A stretch of 63,736 nt of DNA, filler included, from Octopus bimaculoides (taxonomy: Eukaryota), in the NCBI RefSeq assembly GCF_001194135.2. It is 7 parts of 6 records of this genome, joined end to end, with 100 filler letters (N's around TTAATTAATTAA, not from the genome) between each part and the next. Parts side by side here need not be neighbours in the genome. Positions count along the whole stretch, not along the records: positions 21,336 to 40,355 come from NC_068997.1; 6 more parts are not named here. One strand, written 5' to 3'. This document shows, one piece after another, positions 23,510 to 37,035 of this stretch; position 1 is the first letter of the stretch, and each line of letters starts with the position of its first letter. The notes under the pieces are model-generated. The model saw only the letters and a program-made list of their open reading frames with translations. It did not search any database and was not told the DNA's origin. The position numbers and the translations under genes were made by a program.

Positions 23510-26500
23510 TATTTACCTATCACTTAATGGCCTTCTCTGCAGCTTCAGTGATGGAATTTATAGCTCTCCTCTTTGCTGCATCAGTAACTCCAAGCCCAGT
23601 CAGAGTTTTCAAGAATGGAAGCCCCACAAAACCTCATCAGGCCACTTCTGTTGCCTCATAACATGCTGACCAGTCCTGATTTCTGCACTTCTCTGCCAGT
23701 TCCTGGCATTTGGTAAGCTTCCTCTCATGAGCTTCCTTCATATGTTCCTCCCAGGGCACTGTCAGTTCCCACATGATTACCTGTTTGTTGGAATTTGAGA
23801 AGATCACTATGTCTGGGCAGAGTGTTGTTGGTATGATGTGATCTGGGAACTTTAACTGTTCCATGAGTTCCATGAGTTCCATTCACGGCTGCCAGCTTGG
23901 GGCTGTGGAAAATAGGCATGATAGTCACGGAAGTTTCAATAAACTTGGATTTCTCTCCAGCTCTGAGAAAAATTATGGCTTCATTTCTGGGGTGGTATTT
24001 CCTGAACTGAATGGCTGTTGATATCATACCTGCAACTGCCCTGAATACCTTGTGATGCTACCAGCAGTAGCAGCTATCAGCTACGGCTTGGGGGAAGCTG
24101 CTGAGGAGGTATTGAAGGGACCATCAATTAGTGCACAAGAGGTAGGTCAGTATTTCATTTTTACCCCATATATGAAGGTTTGCTGGACTTGGTAAAGTGT
24201 TGTAGGCAGCCTGGATTAGAAATCTGATATGCTGGGTGTCTTCCCCTCAGAAATCTGACCAGGTGATGTTCCACTGCTGTATATTAGCCCATCTTGTCCT
24301 GGCTTCTTGTTGACTGAATCCTATCATCCTGCTAGCCATTCTTCTTTAATACTTGTGTGAACTTCTTTTTGGAGTAGATGTTGTTTGTCTTTTCCTTTGG
24401 TGGTTCCATTTGGTGGGTTGGGAAGTAGCTCAAGCCTGATCACCCTATTGCCACAGTCCCAAATAGAGCTCTGTGTCTCAACTGTTCCTCTGCCATCTGA
24501 AACTCTCTGGCAGTACTCCATTTCTTACCTGTGTGAACTTCAATGCCTGCTCCTGCTACTTTTGTGTCACTGTACTGCATGGATTCTCTTGTTCTTGCCA
24601 TTATGAACTCCTCTGAAAGGCTGCTAAATGGAATTCATAAACTGTTGCTTTACTTGTACACAGTAATCTTAGTAAGCCAAGCCACATCTTCAAAAATCTG
24701 CTAACCTTCCTCTCCTGGGTTTCTACAGTTAACATACTGATGTACAATGATAGGGCCATAAAATGTTGGGAAGTATGGCATGCTGGTATACCCATGGTTT
24801 GAAATGACTACGCAATCCAGATTTGTTGATCTTGTAATGGTACAAGCAGTCAGCGCCATATTGGTTGAGATCTCATGGCAGCTATTGCCATCTTCGAGAC
24901 TGGAGCGAGACCTCACCTGCATCCATTTGACATCCGCTAGCTCACAATGAGGCTTGCGATGGCAAAACTATAAAAGGAAAGAAACCTCGAGGTTCATGCT
25001 CATTTTTCTCGCTGTGACCGCTAGCAGAGCACCCTTCACTGGCTAAGCCTCTAGGCTAGTCTGCTTGTCGCATCTCCCGAGGCAATGGCCCATGTAATGG
25101 AGAATGATGAATTTATACCGCATGAGATGACTGCAAAAGAGCAACATACCACACCTCTGTATATATTGTAAATAAAAACTAATGGAGAACCTGCGTTTTG
25201 TCTAATACTTCTTTACTTGACTGCTGGAGCCTTAGCAACATGAAGAATGAGAGAACGTGCCTGCTGACGCACTTTCTCGTCTCCCTGTGTGCTCTCTTTC
25301 GTCCCCAGCTGCAATCGATTTAACTGCCACTGCGCGGGATCAGCCAGCTCTAGATACTTTGGATTTAGCTTCTACCAAGTTGTCTGTTGCAAGTTTGCCT
25401 ATCTTCCACTTCTGTCTGCTGAAGGCACCATTCTTTGTGACACAGCTACTGGTTCTCCCAGGCCATTTGTACCTGAGAACCACAGCGCTCTGTGTTTGAT
25501 GCCTTGCATTCAATGTCACATACTGGCACCGCTGCCTTAGTGAAGCTTATTACGGCTCAGTTTTTCTGGCCTAATATATGTCAGATGATCATCGATTAGG
25601 CATGCTCTTGTGTAAAATGCCAGCGTTCTAAATTTCACAGGCATATTCACGCTCCTTTTGGACAGTTTTCTCCTCTGGAGACGTGCTTTCACCATGTCCA
25701 CATTGATCTGGTTGGACCATGGCCTGTCAGTCGTGGTTTCTCTTACATATTGACATGCATCGATTCTCTTGATGGCCAGAGACCATTCTGATAGTGGACA
25801 TATTCGCTGAGTCAGTTGCTCGAGCTTTCGTTTCTAACTGGATTGCTCACTTTGGTGTCCCAGCTAAGATAACCACTGATCGTGGACGCCAGTTCGAGGC
25901 TTCTTTATTTCGTGAATTGTCATGAATCCTAGGTGTTCATAACATTCACATGACCAGCTACCACCCAACCTGCAATGGGATGGTCGAACATTTTCACAGG
26001 CAACTGAAGGCCACTCTATGCACCACTTCTGATCCACAGTCTTGGACAGAATTCCTGCCTATCGTTCCTCTTGGTTGTCGCACTGCTGTTAAAGCAGACT
26101 TAGGTTTCTCCTCTGCTGAACTCCTTTATGGTACCACCCTGGCACTCCCTGGTACAATGTTAGTGCCAGACAACTCATCGCTTCCTGATCCAACATCGTA
26201 TGTCACCAGACTTTGCAAGTCTTCCACCCTTGCATCCGCGTGAGCAGTCTTTGGTCTCGACATCAATGGTCGGGCACAGACCGTGTCAGTCGACAGACTT
26301 AAAAGAGCACATTTTGAGGTGTCTGCACCCTTTGTTGACACCCCAAACACGCCCACCTTTGATCCTTTACAACCACCTATACAACCATCCTCACATGCAC
26401 CTTTGACCCCACCAACACCTACACCTCCACCTTCTTCGCCACTACCTAACATGAACACATCCTATGTCACCAGGACAGGCCGCACTGTGCATTGGCCCAA

Positions 26501-27520
26501 AAAACTTACTAAAACTATTTATATCTGACAATCTTTTGTGTTTCCTGTGACAGACAATTGCTTTCTTGTGTTACTGGACAGTTCCAATACTCTGTCATTG
26601 AACATTTTGTCAAATTTTTCTGCATGGCAATTTATATTTATTGCAATTATTTTTCTATTTGACGTGTCACATTGTTGTACCATATCTTGTTGGTTGCAAT
26701 CAGTTGCCATCCTTGCTCTTTCTTGCGCCTGCTCCAAATATTCTGTTTTTTCACTGCTGCACTCAGTGGGGAGCCCTTGTAGCGGCACAAGTAGTCAGCG
26801 CCATATTGGTTGAGATCTCATGGCAGTCATTGCCATCTCCGAGACTGGAGCGAGACCTCACCTGCATCCATTTGCCATCCGCGAGCTCAGAACGAGGCTT
26901 GTAATGGCAAAACTATAAAAGGAAAGAAACCTTGAGGTTCGTTCTCACTTTTCCCGCTACGACTGCTAGCAGAGCACCCTTCACTGGCTAAGCCTCTAGG
27001 CTAGTCTGCTTGTCACGTCTCCTGAGGCCATGGCTCGCGTAATGGAGAACGATGAATTTATACTGCATGAGATGGCTGCAAAAGAGCAACATACCACACC
27101 TGTGTATATATTGTAAATAAAAACTAATGGAGAACCTGTGTTTTGCCTAATACTTCTTCACTCGACTGCTGGAGCCTTAGCAACACGAAGAATGAGAAAT
27201 TAATGGGAAAAAGGCGATATTCAACTGATATCCAGAACCTTGCCTCGCATTATCTTATCAAGGTTTTAGCTGGTTCTGTGGATGGAGACCGTGTTATTCA
27301 GGTTGCTGTCAAAAAGTTTCTCCAAGCTTTTGATTGGGTTTTCTGTCAAGATTGAATTGGTAGAGCCAGACAAAGCAAAGCAAAGCTTCCCCACCACTCT
27401 CTCTTTCTTTAACAGAAGAGACCTCAAGTCCTTCAAGGATAACATCTAAAAAACAAAGAGGATGATACATTGTGCCACAGTACTGTTTATTTCCTTGTTT
27501 GAGGTAGGTCCAAGTGGAAA
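23510..27520 (-). mobile_element. Hero/R2-like non-LTR retrotransposon pseudogene (RT C-term, CCHC, restriction-like endonuclease), split by a Gypsy insertion
   Basis: 27520-27256: RSLLLKKERVV...ENPIKSLEKLFDS; 24832-23510: KINKSGLRSHFKPWVYQHAILPNILWP, GKKW, YCW*HHKVFRAVA, LCPDIVIFS...WELTVPWEEHMKEAHERKLTK, GFVG. Confidence 0.85.
24833..27251 (+). mobile_element. Gypsy LTR retrotransposon, internally deleted (no gag/PR/RT); two LTRs, integrase remnant, ATCT TSD
   Basis: LTRs 24833-25252 and 26778-27251 (TGTA start, TATAAAA, AATAAA); NVPADALSRL, HHCC, HVHIDLVGP, TTDRGRQFE, YHPTCNGMVE, TVSVDRLK; PPT CAGTGGGGAGCCCT; ATCT at 24829-24832 and 27252-27255. Confidence 0.92.
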
Positions 27521-27524
27521 CCAC

Positions 27525-27973
27525 ATGTTGAGTGTTAATAACATTTAAATTAATGTCAATCTCTACAGATGCAATTTTTTGATTGAACTCATGATCCTCA
27601 AAGCACTTACTGGGTTCTATAGGTCAATATTAAATATACTTTCTCTTTTCATGTGGTAAAATTGGTCACAAGCTTTGGTGGTGGAGAAAGAATACCATGA
27701 ATTACCATCAATTCCATCACCATCGTTGTCGTCGTCATCATCATCATCATCACCAATACACTTCACACAATAATAACATTAATACCTAATTCTTTCTCCA
27801 CCACCGTCATCTTTTTGTTTAAAAATTTGTATAGTTTTATCATAAGAAAAGAGAAAGTACATTTAATGTCAATCTGTGGGGTCCAGCAAGTGTTTTAAGA
27901 GTTGTGAGTTTGATGGAAGATTACATCTGTAGAGATTGACTTTAATCAAAATGTTATTGATAACACTCAACAT
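27525..27973. mobile_element. MITE-like element with ~50-bp terminal inverted repeats
   Basis: 27525-27575 versus 27920-27973, with a perfect 17-bp core GTCAATCTCTACAGATG / CATCTGTAGAGATTGAC. Confidence 0.55.
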
Positions 27974-29330
27974 TTGCGCTTGCTTCAAGTGAGGAAACAA
28001 ACAGTGGAAACAGTGGTGTGGTACAATGTATCGTTTTTTTGTTTTTTTTTTAGATGTTATGGTTTAGTTAAAGGAAGATTTAGTGAATCTTTTTCAAATT
28101 TTCATTAGACAATTTTTAAAAAACTAGTTCTGATGATGCAAGATACATTCACTTTTTTCCTAGAAATTAATAATAAAAAAGTTACAAGTATTTAAAATTA
28201 TGTAATTTTAGCCAGTTGACAGCCTGCATTGCCAAACATATTGGAAGCTGTGGCTGTTAGTTCCATTGGGAGTAGCACACACAAAACTGTTATGTGGTCT
28301 CTCAACATGCTAGAAAAAACAGCAAAATTGGATCTTATTAAATTTCTCCAAGGGTTTGGAAGAAATTTAACAAAACCCCATGCCTGTTCCAAAGGAGTTA
28401 TGACAAAGTTGAGTCCAGAGTGAAGAAAATAAAACTAATATTGTAGCCTGATTCTGTAAGTGAATGTTATACTTGTCTAATAATTTTAATTGAGTAGCTT
28501 ATGTGAAGGAGTGTAGATGGAAAAGAAATAGAGAGAAGAGAAATGGAGTAAGTGATATATACTAGAGTATACGGTGTGCTTTTTAAGTTGCAGATGGTTC
28601 ATACTGATCAGTCTAGTTGTTGGCATAAAACTTGACCTAATTTAATACATGGATAGCATCTCTCCTCTATCAGTCTATCCAGCACTATATGATTGACTGT
28701 CTGACTTTGTGTCTTCTCTGATGACCTTCTGTTTCTCTTCTCCACATACTATCTAACTTGTTGTTTGCTACCTTTTTATAAACTGTGATTTGCTTAATCA
28801 GCACTTGACTGATTTTCAATCAACAATTTCAAATTCATTAGAATTTTTACTATCTTTCAGAGAATTTGATGTGTGATTGTTTAGAGGTTAGTTCTTACTG
28901 ACATCATCACATCTACAGAATATTTTGATAAGATTCCTCACATTCCAAGCTATTTACAAAATTCTTCTAGCTGAATAAAAAATTATTCTTATGGAACGTA
29001 TGTAGCAAAAGCTTGAATGTAAAGAAATAGCAATTTGTGTGCAGTAATTGTGAGTGAAAACTGCAAGATGCTAGTGATTGCAGGAAGTTAAATTTGTGCT
29101 GAAGTAAGTTGAATGACAACAAAAGATAACAGGATGAGGGGAAAAATCAAATTGGTTTTTATCATGCTTAAAGTATGCTGGTGAGTGCATATAAAAAAAG
29201 AGTATCTCTACAGATTTTCTGTAGAACTTGGCACCAGTAATTAATATGAAAAAGAGTGTATCAAGGATTAGAGAGTGTGCATAAGCCTCCAGTGCATGTG
29301 AGTATGCATAGAATAAAAGAGACATTTTAG

Positions 29331-29463
29331 ATCATCATCATCATCATCACCATTTAATGTCCTCCTTCTATGCTGGCATGGGTTGGATGGTTTGGCAGGA
29401 GCTGGCAAGCCAGTGAAATGCACCAGGTTCTGTAGTCTGTTTTGGCTTGGTTTCTACAGCTGG
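29331..29463 (-). mobile_element. RTE 3' tail fragment
   Basis: (CAT)n-CATTTAATGTCC...CATGGGTTGGATGGTTTG. Confidence 0.75.
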
Positions 29464-29636
29464 TTAATTTTTAAATGGCACCAGCACCAGTGGGATCACT
29501 AAGTAACTTGCAAGATAAAGATTCCTCAGCTGGGAGACGAAGTGGTACAGAGGGAGGTGACTTTGTGTCAGTTGAGATGTTAAAGTATAATAGTAGAATA
29601 AGAAAGAAGTGGAAGATGAGAAAGTTAGAGAAAAAG

Positions 29637-29691
<55 letters not shown>

Positions 29692-29829
29692 AATAGATAG
29701 AATGTGTTCTGTTACCTTACTCTTCTAGTTCTTCCATGCCTGTTTCTTCACTCTTATGGCACTGTCCAGATCACCGGTCCACCACCATGTCATCCTAAGT
29801 CTGGCTGGAATTTTACACTTGCCACAAAT

Positions 29830-30330
29830 TTGGTCTGTGGCTCTTAGTAGGCTATTTTAAAGGAACTTCTACTTGTCAGGAATTTGTCAACAAAAATGGA
29901 CTAGGATTATCTGTTGCTGTATTGAAGTGGGTTGTAAAGTGACAAAGTTTGAATTTGTGCCATAAACATTTGAATCTGCATGCCTTGCAGTGTCATTAGA
30001 GATCTCAGGTTCACAATTTCCAAGCTATAGGAAAATGAAGTGAAAGGGTTTGTGGAAGATGCAGTTGGTGTTACCTGTACTATGGTGCAAAAAATCCGTT
30101 GCAACCTCTATAATTCTATCTGCCGCTTCAGCCAACTCCTCAATAGATGAAGACTCCTTGGTGAATGTGGGAATAACTTACACAGTGGAGGGACAGCTGT
30201 TTCAGGAATAATTGTTTTAGATATTTCTTCCCGAAGTGTGTTGTCTCCCAGGAGTTGTTTCATTCATTGCAGGAGCTGTGATAGTTTTATTATCAATGAG
30301 GTCTTCTGCTATAAGGATTTGATAAAGCTG
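29830..30330 (-). mobile_element. Degraded Gypsy gag fragment
   Basis: Frameshifted LIAEDL...MKQLLGDNTL...KQLFLKQL...SSIEELAEAADRIIEVAT; an RTE ORF scrap (TWWW...AIRVKKQAWK) lies beside it at ~29700-29810. Confidence 0.65.
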
Positions 30331-31134
30331 TTCCTATACACATGCCCACTCACACATACACACATACATACATAGATGGGGAGACAGATCGATAGAGAGA
30401 GATCTTTATATATTTAGAAATACACAATGTAGATGTGTAGATACACATAATTGTATGTGTGCATCAGAAATTGATGGGGTGGTCGTTAACATGATATTCA
30501 CCTATGAAAACCCATGTATATGTACATGTATATGTACAAATGGTATCTGTTTTGAGTATGTGTGTGTGTGTGTACATAACAAACTAGGAACTGAGTAATC
30601 AATATTGCTTTAGTGGATGAATAATTACTTTAAACAGCTGAATACTGTTTGTGCTGTAATGAATTGATTTATTTCCCTTTAATTGTAAGATTACTTGTTA
30701 CTTATTTTATTTAACTAATCATATTTGCATGAAATAGTGCATGTCAGTGGCCACCTGATATAAGAAGTTATATGTAAAGTTTCCTTTTATTTCATCTTGA
30801 TATCTAAGTCATTATAGTATAACATAAAAATACAATGCCACAGGTTTCATGTAAATAAAATTTGCATTTGTTCAGTTGTAGTTTGAATAACACTAGCAGT
30901 TTAGCCATTTTTGTTGGTCAGAATGCAAATGAGATGTCAAATGAGATTTTGTATTGTAACTCATGACACAAAGTCAGAAGGGTTTAAAGATTTGGTTATT
31001 TCCTTTGTGTTGCATGCTTTCACCAATTGGTGGCATTTTGACAAAAAGTATGAAATATATAATATTATGTAGTTTTCCAATTGTTTATTAGTACACCACC
31101 TGAGAAATGTACTAGAAAACACACACACACACAC

Positions 31135-31184
<50 letters not shown>

Positions 31185-31605
31185 ATGCACATGCATACAT
31201 TATTGATGGCATACCACATATGCATGATGAATATTACATTGTTGCGAATATTACTTTGTTGCAAATAGATTTTAAGTAACCTTCTTTGTTGTGCCATTAT
31301 GATTCGGTCTCACTTTGAGACCTTCTTCCAGCTTGTAGCCTGCATATTATATATTGTTAAAAAGAGAATAAAACTTGAGAAAGGTAAACTAGTTTTAATT
31401 TAGGTCATCTTATTCCTCATGTTATTATGGAAATGTTCCTCTGCTTGACTGTTTGAATGCCAATACCAATGATACACATGCTTCTCAACAGTGGCTACAC
31501 TGGCAGAAAATATTCCAAAACTTTATTGTAACGCTCCCAATTGAAGAAGATATCAACTCACTGAATTTCTTAATCAATTATGTATCACCAAAAGTGTTTG
31601 AATAT

Positions 31606-31856
31606 GTTCTTTTCTACTCTAGGCACAAGTCCTGAAATTTTGGGAGAGGGGACCAGTCGATTAGATTGAACCTCAATATGCAACTGGTACTTAATTTATC
31701 AATCCCAGTATGCAACTGGTACTTAATTTATCGACCCTGAAAAGATGAAAGGCAAGGTCAACCTTGGTGGAATTTGAACTCAGAACGTAAAAACAGACGA
31801 AATACCACTAAGCATTTCACCCGGTGTGCTAATGTTTCTGCCAGCTCGCCACCTTC
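31606..31856 (-). mobile_element. SINE family B with a 13-bp TSD, inserted in the Gypsy gag
   Basis: AGTGTTTGAATAT at 31593-31605 and 31857-31869; internal duplication of ATGCAACTGGTACTTAATTTATC. Confidence 0.9.
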
Positions 31857-32452
31857 AGTGTTTGAATATACTACTGATGTGTCTGCATAAGGTGCTGCTA
31901 TAAATGTTTTGCACGGACAATATATGTCAAATGATGTATATGCACAACATGTTTTGACTACTAATTGATAAAAATTTAATGAATCAGTAGACCAATATTT
32001 ATAAATATTAAAGCTCTTATGAAAAGATTGTAACTTTAAAGCAGTTAACTGCTGAGCAATACTAGGATAACTGTATAAGGGATGTCTTTATTAATGGCCT
32101 TTCTTCCTCACAGGCAAGGCAACATTTACTTTAAAATAAAACTCTAGGATCTTGACTATGAGCAAGCAAACTTGCCTATGAGCAAGCAAATACTCTATAA
32201 ATGGCTGGAAAACACTCCATATCTTTAGCCTGATATCTTCCAATTAAGGCAGCTGTGATCGACCCTCCAAAAACTCAACTGGAAATTACTACTTCAACAG
32301 TTACAGCTGTTCTCTTTAAGTGTCTTCTAAGGTTAAAGAGACAGCTCTGATTAAAATACCCCACCAAGGATGTACTCTGTAATAATTATTGTAAGAAGGG
32401 ACATTACAAGTTATGCTGTTCTCTTTAATCTACATCTGCAGTATCCACAATA

Positions 32453-33722
32453 TGAGGGTGGGCTGAAAAGTTCATTGTCTGACTATGAAGGAGTGATGCT
32501 GGAGCTGCAAAATCTTGCATGCATTAATTTCAACTCTTCTTAATAATTGTATTGTTTCTTTCCAGGAAAAAAAGGCATCTCACTGTTCAAGAAGACTTCA
32601 AAAGTAACTAGTTGTGACTTCTCTTGAAAATGGACAAAATTTGGCATTGTGGTATTATCAACTACCTGCAGTAAAAGGATTTAACTTCGAAGGACATTCA
32701 TGCTGACATAGTTACTACATTAGGGGATGATGCTTCAGCTTTGACAGCAATGCAAAAGTGGGCAGCTGAATTTATGAAGGTAAGGGAGAGTCTTGAAGAT
32801 GACCCAAGGCCTGGATGTCCTGCAACTTCCACCCCTGAGGAAAACATTGATCCTGTTCATTACATGGTGATGGATGACAGGCTATTGACTATAAATCAAA
32901 TAGCCAATACTATTAGCATATCCTGTAAGAGAATTGAGAATATTTTGCGCAACAAACTTGGCATGATGAAGGTTTCTACTTGATGGGTGTTATTTTCTGA
33001 CACCTGGTAAAAACTGCTCTAGGCTGATCACATCATGGGAAAACCTTTCATTGTTTGAAGCAGATCCAGCTGGTTTCCTTAAATGTTTCCTTACTCAGGA
33101 TGAGTGTTGAGTTCATCACTTTGATTCAGAGACAAAGAGACAATCTATGTAGTGGACACACCTCTCCTCACCTGCTCCAAAGAAGACTTGGGGCATTTCA
33201 TCTGCAGGGAAGGTGACAGTCTCAGTTTTTTCGGATGCAAAAGTCGTTGTGTTTATTGAATATCTTCAAAAGGGTCACACCATCAATGGAAAATACTATG
33301 CCAACTTGATGAAGCAGTTACAAAAGACCATCAAGAACAAACACTCTGGAAAACTGATGAATGGGGTCTTGTTTTATGAAGACAATGCTCCAGCACACAA
33401 GTCCTTGATTTCAATGGCTGCTGTGAATGACTGTGGCTTTGAACTGATTGACCAGCTTCCCTATTCCCCTCATTTGGCCCTATTTGGCTATCATCTGTTC
33501 CCTAACATGAAAAAACATTTAACTGGGAACCTGTGTTACAGTGATGTTGATGTCATATTTTGACCAACAGAATGAAGGCTTCTACACCAATGGGATCCAA
33601 GCACTGCAACACCAATGGAAGAAGTGTGTGGACCTGAAAGGGGACTATGTTGAGAAATAAACCTCATTTGTCACATTCCATGAGAGTATGATGGTCAGCC
33701 TATGAACTTTTCAGCTGCCTCA
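32453..33722 (+). mobile_element. Full-length mariner (DD34D-type) with a dead transposase
   Basis: TA flanks at 32451-2 and 33723-4; inverted ends (GCTGAAAAGTTCA / TGAACTTTTCAGC); ORF remnant from ATG 32630 to TAA 33660 with TQDEC, FYEDNAPAH, YSPHLALFGYHLF; several stops. Confidence 0.92.
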
Positions 33723-35740
33723 TAGCTACACTTTTTGCTGCTTTACCTCACCTTTTTCATGTGTTTGTATGGACATTAGAAGAAATGGGAAAAAGATCCA
33801 AGGTATTAATGGACACAGGAAGCTTGGAAAGCTTCTTTAACAAAGACCCAAGTGTAATAGATACAAGTGGAAGATAAATCCAATAAATGGTTACATTTCA
33901 ATGGCTGCTGTTTCTCTTCTAAAGTCAGTAGAGTGTGTCCAGTCAGTGCAGGACTTTTTAATGCTTAATATTATTGCGTCATATTCTTTGTTATTCTTGA
34001 TCTTTTCTGTGATGTCATCTTAAGACAAAATATCCCTAAGCATTACTCTTTTGTCAAGAATCCAACCGGGTAAACTAAGCCTATTTTGACCTGTAATTGG
34101 TCTCACTACTGTTTCTGTCCTATCCACTTCTTTGTTTCATAATCTCACATAACTGCAAAATCTAGATGACATTCATAATCTCACATAGCTGCAAAATCTA
34201 GATGACATTCTTTGAAAGACCAGGAATTCATAAATTCCAAGGTAACACATTGCTGAAGGAGGATATTATTGAGCTGAGTAAGTATCATTGGAGGGCTCAA
34301 CTGTTGATTACTTATAGAGATAATAAGAAGTGCATGATCACTAGTTATCCACAGACAGTAAATCTCTCTATGTTGCTTGAAGCCTACCCTACATCAAACA
34401 CTGTGGGCATGATTGGGGAAGTGGCACAATATAGTGCCTTCAATACACTGGACTTATGAAGTGCTTACCATCAAATATAGATAAAACAAAATAAACCTAC
34501 TCTGAATTTGAGGATGGTCATTATGTGTACCAATTTAGACGGAATCACTAATGATGTTGCTAGCTTGATGACATAATTGAAAAAAAAGGAGTCACAATCA
34601 GTTTTGCATACATTGACATGTATATCTTTGTGGATATACCAAAGTGTTCATGATCATAGCTTGAAAAAGTGTACATTCTCTGCTTAATGTCTAAATGTAT
34701 TGATTTACTTGGCTGACAGTAGATCTAGAATATGCATATTTTCGCAACTCAGTCTTTCTCAATCCAAAGACCTGACATTCTGTGGGCATGTTTACTTACT
34801 ATTCCCATTGGATTCCAAACTTTTCTGAAAAATTCCATCCTTTAGTTACTATTAAAAACTTTCTCTTCTCCTCTTCATTGCCAAGAACGTTTGAGAGTCT
34901 AAAGCAGATATTGCTGTAACACGGGTGTCACAAGTGGCTGAAACTGATACTTCAAATCATGCTATTGCACTCACCCTATATTAATCAGGACACCTAATGA
35001 ATTTCTATTGAAGACCATTCCATTGTAGAATCTTTAAAAAAAAGAGGAGATATATCTACTCAGCTGCTGATTCTAGTTGGTAACAAATTAAAAATCAATT
35101 GGTTCATGTTTAATAATGTATAGAACAGTGAAGTAAAGAATGAGAAAATAAATGTTGGTGGCTTGCCTTACCAAGGTGTCAGGTGATGCCCTTGGGGGTG
35201 CTTGGCTGTTTCAATGCCTTAGCCTTGCCATTGTCTGTGTGTTGCCTTGTTTCAGTAGGTTCAGTTGAACCTTGTGGTGTCCAACCAATGGTGTTGAATT
35301 AATGGTTTTTCTTTCTTTTTCTTTCTTTCTTCCTCTTTTTCCTTTTTTCTTTCTTTACTCATGTTAGTGTTACCTTCAGTTTTGGATTTGTATTTTAATG
35401 TGAGTTTTGTATTGTATATGTGTTATATTCATACATGTTATATATATAATTATTATCTCTGTTGGTAGTAACAGGATTAAATTTTTTAAAAAAGAACTGT
35501 TAGCATATAGAACTCTCTTGTTTTCAATATGACAATACTTATAGGTCAGGAAAGACAATGCTGCTGCAGATTCTCAATCTCAGATTTGAGCTATAATGTC
35601 ATATATATGTAAATGCTTCATTTTGTGTGTGCCAGAACTCTCCCATATTTTGTAGAGGAATCAAAGGAATGATTTCCAGATGTTCAACATGTGCTGAAAT
35701 AAAGCCAAAGTTTTTTAATCCAATATCCATTCTTGTGATT

Positions 35741-35955
35741 AGGTGGTGAGCTGGCAGAAATGTTAGCATGCTGAGCAAAATGCTCAGCGGTATTTCATCT
35801 GCCATTACATTCTGAGTTCAAATTCCACTGAGGTCGACTTTGCCAGTCATCCTTTCAGGGTTGATAAATTAAGTACCAGTTGCATACTGGGGTCGATCTA
35901 ATCGACTGCCCCCCCTCCCCCCAAATTTCGGGCCTTGTGTCTAGAGCAGAAACAA
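35741..35955 (+). mobile_element. SINE family B
   Basis: GGTGGTGAGCTGGCAGAAATGTTAGC head, GTTCAAATTCC B box. Confidence 0.85.
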
Positions 35956-36446
35956 ATATCTTTGATTTAAAAAACCCACACCCCTCCAATATTTGATAAC
36001 CATTCTAGATGAATTTTTGAGGTTCTTGTTTGCTTTCCCATGTGCAGACATGATAACCAAAACTATTATAAAGTGCTTATCAAAACTCTTCTCAGTTTTT
36101 GGAATGCCATTGTATATTCATTGTGATTGTGGTATGTCTTTTAAGTCAAAGGATTTACTGCAGTTTTTGCACCAGAGAGGTATAGCTATTAGCTGAACAA
36201 CTCCTTATAATCCACAAGAGAATAGAATCATTTGGAGAACGATACAATGGAATCATATGAAGGACAATATCATTGGCCCTGAAATAACTACACTTGACCC
36301 CTTCAGAAAGGATACTAGTTCATTCAATCTGTTCTTTACTCTCAATTTCAACAAATTACACTCCACATGAATGATAAATGTAATTCTTTAAGTGGGTGGT
36401 CCATCCCTTCATGGCTCTCTTCTCTGGTAATAAGATGTTCCTGAAG

Positions 36447-36783
36447 TCATCATCATCCTCATTTAATGTCTGTTTTCCATGCTGGCATGGGTTAGATGGC
36501 TTGACTGGAATTAGTAAGCTGGAGAGCTACACCAGGCTCCAGTCTGTTTTGGCTTGGTTTCTACAGCTGGCTGCCCTTCCTAATGTCAACCACTCTAGAG
36601 AGTGGATTTGGTGTCTGTATATGTCACCAGCATGGGTGCTTTTTGTGTCACTTGCACAGGTGTCTTTTATGTGTCGCTGTCATGGGTGCCTTTTATGTGA
36701 CACCAGCACTAGCCATGACCATAATTTCACTTAGCTTGATGTATCTTCTCAAGTACAATAGATCATCAGAAGTCTTGGTCACC
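36447..36783 (-). mobile_element. RTE 3'UTR fragment
   Basis: CATCATCATCCTCATTTAATGTC...GGCATGGGTTAGATGG. Confidence 0.8.
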
Positions 36784-37035
36784 TAAAGTGTCAGAAAATA
36801 TGATCATTTATTAGGAGAAAATGGAACTCCTGAATGTGAATGTTCACTTTGCAGACTTCAGGTTTTCTGATGATAGGGAGTCTGTTGCTATGCTGTCTTT
36901 TCCAATGTTGTACCTAAACCAGCAGTACCCAAGCAACCCAAACAAATGATGCCTGTGAACAATCCTGAACTCAATGCTCATGAATAGGTTTTGAGGAAAA
37001 AGAGATGAGTTGGGAAAAAATCTGAGGTAGCTGGG

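Larger units (their letters stand above)
31440..36960 (+). mobile_element. Old Gypsy element (gag-PR-RT-RH-IN) with nested insertions
   Basis: WLHWQKIFQNF..LINYVSPKVFEY..KDCNFKAVTAEQY (gag); MDTGSLESF (PR); LLKEDIIELS.YHWRAQ..LEAYP..TLDL*SAYHQI (RT); ETDTSNHAI (RH); TILDEFLRFLFAFPC..IHCDCG..TTPYNPQEN (IN); many stops. Confidence 0.8.

Noticed and set aside
30188-30206. GAAACAGCTGTC on the minus strand, resembling a hammerhead 3' half
   Set aside because: Falls inside the Gypsy gag frame KQLFLKQL and has no CUGANGA or helix II upstream.
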